Source: an uncultured Acidobacteriota bacterium | GTDB taxonomy: Bacteria; Acidobacteriota; JAQAZP01 | Direction: 5' to 3' | Assembly: GCA_963836075.1 (NCBI GenBank) | Contig: CAWIIB010000009.1 | Location: 1,696,001 to 1,760,000 of the forward strand | DNA length: 64,000 nt | In this document: positions 61,332-64,000 of the stretch, piece after piece | Numbering within the stretch: position 1 is the first letter of the stretch | Layout: each line of letters begins with the position of its first letter | Position numbers and translations under genes: made by a program | Notes under the pieces: generated by a model | Database searches by the model: none | Told to the model about the DNA's origin: nothing | The model's input: only the letters and a program-made list of their open reading frames with translations

Positions 61332-63557
61332 ATGAACGAGAATAGCACGATGGAGGACCTGGGGTTGCTGGAGGATGTCCTGCTGCGCACGTCCCGGGGC
61401 CAGGCGTCATTCGAGGAGCTGGCCGAGTCACTGAACCAGCTGGAGAACGTGGTGCAGATCATCCCATCGGGCGAGTTCACCCGCTTCATGGGTGACATGA
61501 ACCAGGCGCTGAAGGACAAGGGCTATGGCAATGTCAACGCGAACGACGCCGAACAGCCGCGGGTGGCCGGGATCCGGACCGAGGACGGCCGCTTCGTCCC
61601 CTGGGTCTTCACCGATGATGCCATCGCCCGCGAGTTCGCCATCGCCAAGGGGATGATCCAGCCCGATGAGGCGCTGTCCCTGATTACCCGCCCGCCCGAT
61701 GTGGTGCTTTACGAGTGCCTGGCCGCCGGTCAGGCCGGCCTGGTGATCGACGAGGGCTCCGATCACAAGATCAATATGCAACGAAACGTGGTGGCCCGGC
61801 TGTACGGGCTGGTCACCTTCGGTCGCTTTGTTGCGCTGCCCGAATTGCAGGCGGTGATCCACGAGAACAAGGTCTTCTACCAGCAGCCCAAGCAGGGGGA
61901 GGGGCTGCAGGCCTTTGTCTACGACAGCACCGACGGGGCCATGGCCGGCATTGCCCGGATCCAGGAGAAGGCGCCGGCCATTTCGTTCCAGGCCGCGCCC
62001 ACCCTGCCGCACATCGCGAACCTGCTCAAGGCAGGAGTCACCCTCCTGGTGGTCAACCCGGCGCTGGCCAGCGAGCGGACGTACAACCGCGAAGACCTGG
62101 AACGCATGGCGTCCGCCGGTGAAGCCGAACCGCGGCCCGACCCCACTCCCGACTCGAATCTCAAATCCGATCCCGACCGGCGGGAGGCGGCGGGCAGCGA
62201 CCCGGCGCTGAACCTGCCGGAGCTGCTGCGCAAGGCCACAGCCTATCCCGCTTTCCCCATGGTGCCTCCGCCGGGGCGGGACGACCCGGCTTCCCAGGTG
62301 CGGTTCCAGGAACTGCGGCTCCAGGCCGAGAGCAAGGAGATCAACGTCTGGGAATACGTGGAAGCCCTGGCCTTCGACCTCGACGTTTACACCCCGGTGC
62401 ACGAACGGCCGGTGGACGGCCTCACCTGGCCGATGATCTACGCCCACCACTCGGAGGAGGGGAAGACCATCTCTTACGCCTACAGTGGTGAATCGCGGGT
62501 CAGGGAACAGCTGTCTGCCAACCCCGAGGAAGCGAGGAACTACCACCGTCTCTCGGGTATCGAGGCCATGCGCTGGGTTTGGGCCGCACCCAGGGAGATC
62601 CACGAGGTGGCGATCAATCTTTACAAGGATACCGATGGCTGGCTCTCCTTCCCCAGCTACTGGGCGGTGAGCGCAGCCTTCCCCCTGTTTTATGCAATTC
62701 CCGACCTGGGCCAGGTGTCCCGGGTGCCCCTGACCGGGATCACCGCCCTGCCCGGGGCTCGTGGCTTGAAGCCTGAAGTGGCCCGGGCGCTGATCGAGGG
62801 CTGGAAACTGCTGGTGTTGAGCGATGCCGGAGCGGCCAGCCCGGCCAGCCTGGTGGACTACCGGGGGCTGCACTGCGTGCCGCTGTTCTGCGACCAGGAG
62901 CAGTTTTTCGCCTTCCAGTCGGTCCACCCCGGAAACCCCTGCTCGGTTCTGGCCACGGGTGAGGAGCCTCCTTTCGAGCGGCTGCTGCGCGCGTCCGCCG
63001 GCTGCGACGGCGTCCTCCTCGACCCTGCAGGACCGCGGCCGCTGCTCCTCGAGCACGGCGACCTGCTGGCCCTCGCGCTCTGGGCGCGCAACAGCGGCCC
63101 TGCGCCACATGGGGGGGAGGTGGCGATTGAGACGGCCATGCTGCTGGGGGAGGGGGTGATCGATTCCGCCACTGCCGGGCGGATCGCGGCCTGCTGGCCC
63201 CGCTACTTTGCCGGACTGCACCAGAAGGAGGACGGCGGCGCCGAGCTGTTGATGACCCCGGACGCCGACCGCTGCGCGGTCTTCTCCAGCATGGAACTGG
63301 CCGGTGACTATATCGCCGCCAGCGAGAACCTGGGGCTGATCCCCCGGGGGACGATGAAGCCGGTGCCGATCCTGCACCGCTGGCAGTACAACATTTTCCA
63401 GACCATGGCGGCCAGTTTCACGCTGGGGGGCGTGATCGACCCGGTGGCCGGCGGAGGCGGGGGACTGTACCTCGACCCCCAGGCGGTGGAAGCGGCGATC
63501 CGTCACGTGGACCGGATGCTCAAGCCGCGGGTCGACGGCTTCGTGGCCGGGGAATAG
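61332..63557 (+). CDS. Hypothetical protein with tandem SseB-like repeats
   Basis: Repeated xVFTD/xLFCD/xVFSS followed by GLVID/LVVNP/GVLLDP/GVIDP. Confidence 0.55.
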   Translation: MNENSTMEDLGLLEDVLLRTSRGQASFEELAESLNQLENVVQIIPSGEFTRFMGDMNQALKDKGYGNVNANDAEQPRVAGIRTEDGRFVPWVFTDDAIAREFAIAKGMIQPDEALSLITRPPDVVLYECLAAGQAGLVIDEGSDHKINMQRNVVARLYGLVTFGRFVALPELQAVIHENKVFYQQPKQGEGLQAFVYDSTDGAMAGIARIQEKAPAISFQAAPTLPHIANLLKAGVTLLVVNPALASERTYNREDLERMASAGEAEPRPDPTPDSNLKSDPDRREAAGSDPALNLPELLRKATAYPAFPMVPPPGRDDPASQVRFQELRLQAESKEINVWEYVEALAFDLDVYTPVHERPVDGLTWPMIYAHHSEEGKTISYAYSGESRVREQLSANPEEARNYHRLSGIEAMRWVWAAPREIHEVAINLYKDTDGWLSFPSYWAVSAAFPLFYAIPDLGQVSRVPLTGITALPGARGLKPEVARALIEGWKLLVLSDAGAASPASLVDYRGLHCVPLFCDQEQFFAFQSVHPGNPCSVLATGEEPPFERLLRASAGCDGVLLDPAGPRPLLLEHGDLLALALWARNSGPAPHGGEVAIETAMLLGEGVIDSATAGRIAACWPRYFAGLHQKEDGGAELLMTPDADRCAVFSSMELAGDYIAASENLGLIPRGTMKPVPILHRWQYNIFQTMAASFTLGGVIDPVAGGGGGLYLDPQAVEAAIRHVDRMLKPRVDGFVAGE

Positions 63558-63757
63558 TGTGATGGGGCAGAGCGGGGTGTTCGAAAAACTGCCGGAGACC
63601 GGGATCGCCAGGGTGGCTGCCGGGGACGGCTTTTTCAACGCGCCGGCACAGGTCGTGATCTAGGAGAGAAAATAGGTTACAATAGGTCCACACCTTGACA
63701 GTTATTGCTCCATGGTCCTGTACAACAGGATATCTGAATCGGGGAGGATGCTGGGAT

Positions 63758-63922
63758 ATGGATGGTGAACGACTGCGGGAGAGAGAAGAGAACAGCTCGG
63801 ACCAGGAGACCCGGAACCCCGAGTATATTCCCCCGACAATCACCACGTACAGCAGTGAAGAGATCCTCGAGCAGGTGGGGCCAGCCCAGGCCTGCAGCCC
63901 CGCCCCCTGCGCGATTTTCTAG
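63758..63922 (+). CDS. Putative RiPP precursor peptide (54 aa)
   Basis: GGAGG RBS; acidic leader with YIPPTI motif, then GPAQA and a short Cys-containing tail CSPAPCAIF. Confidence 0.6.
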   Translation: MDGERLREREENSSDQETRNPEYIPPTITTYSSEEILEQVGPAQACSPAPCAIF

Positions 63923-63958
63923 CCGGGACGCAGCCCGGTACGGGTCTTCGCGAGTGGA

Positions 63959-63995
63959 ATGCAACTGAATGGGGTCAGGCCCCTTTCTGTTGCAT
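63959..63995. repeat. Imperfect hairpin (REP-like or terminator-like)
   Basis: ATGCAACTGAATGGGG / CCCCTTTCTGTTGCAT, 14 of 16 paired, 5-nt loop. Confidence 0.45.
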
Positions 63996-64000
63996 ATTCT

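Overview
High-GC bacterial DNA. The gene content (Oar-type TonB-dependent receptor, Ser/Thr kinase-TPR, ABC-M1 peptidase fusion, radical acyl-CoA dehydratase and activase) fits an anaerobic diderm, possibly Acidobacteriota-like; this taxonomy is inference only. 0.7-16.4 kb: a Wzx/Wzy-type surface polysaccharide operon with five sulfotransferases, a pyruvyl transferase plus FrhB-like pair, three GT4 enzymes, an acyltransferase and WecB/TagA. It runs by an ATGA overlap into a complete lasso-peptide-type RiPP cluster (16.4-25.1 kb): nucleotidyltransferase, cyclase, precursor (core probably SGGGSNTDAFGEGEFE), three tandem paralogous secreted proteins of unrecognised family, HPr-kinase-like kinase, fused ABC exporter, B2 peptidase and RRE. 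25.3-34.4 kb: an anaerobic acyl-CoA module. 35-63.5 kb: GT39-TPR, ABC/M1 peptidase, a sigma54 activator, secreted enzymes, a kinase, a TonB-dependent receptor and others. Two unrelated secreted proteins share a ~120-aa C-terminal domain that may be a sorting or anchoring tag. A second RiPP-like precursor lies at the right edge. About eight frameshifts are visible, six of them at GTAC sites, which suggests methylation-linked long-read errors rather than true pseudogenes. No rRNA, tRNA, CRISPR array or transposase gene was recognised.
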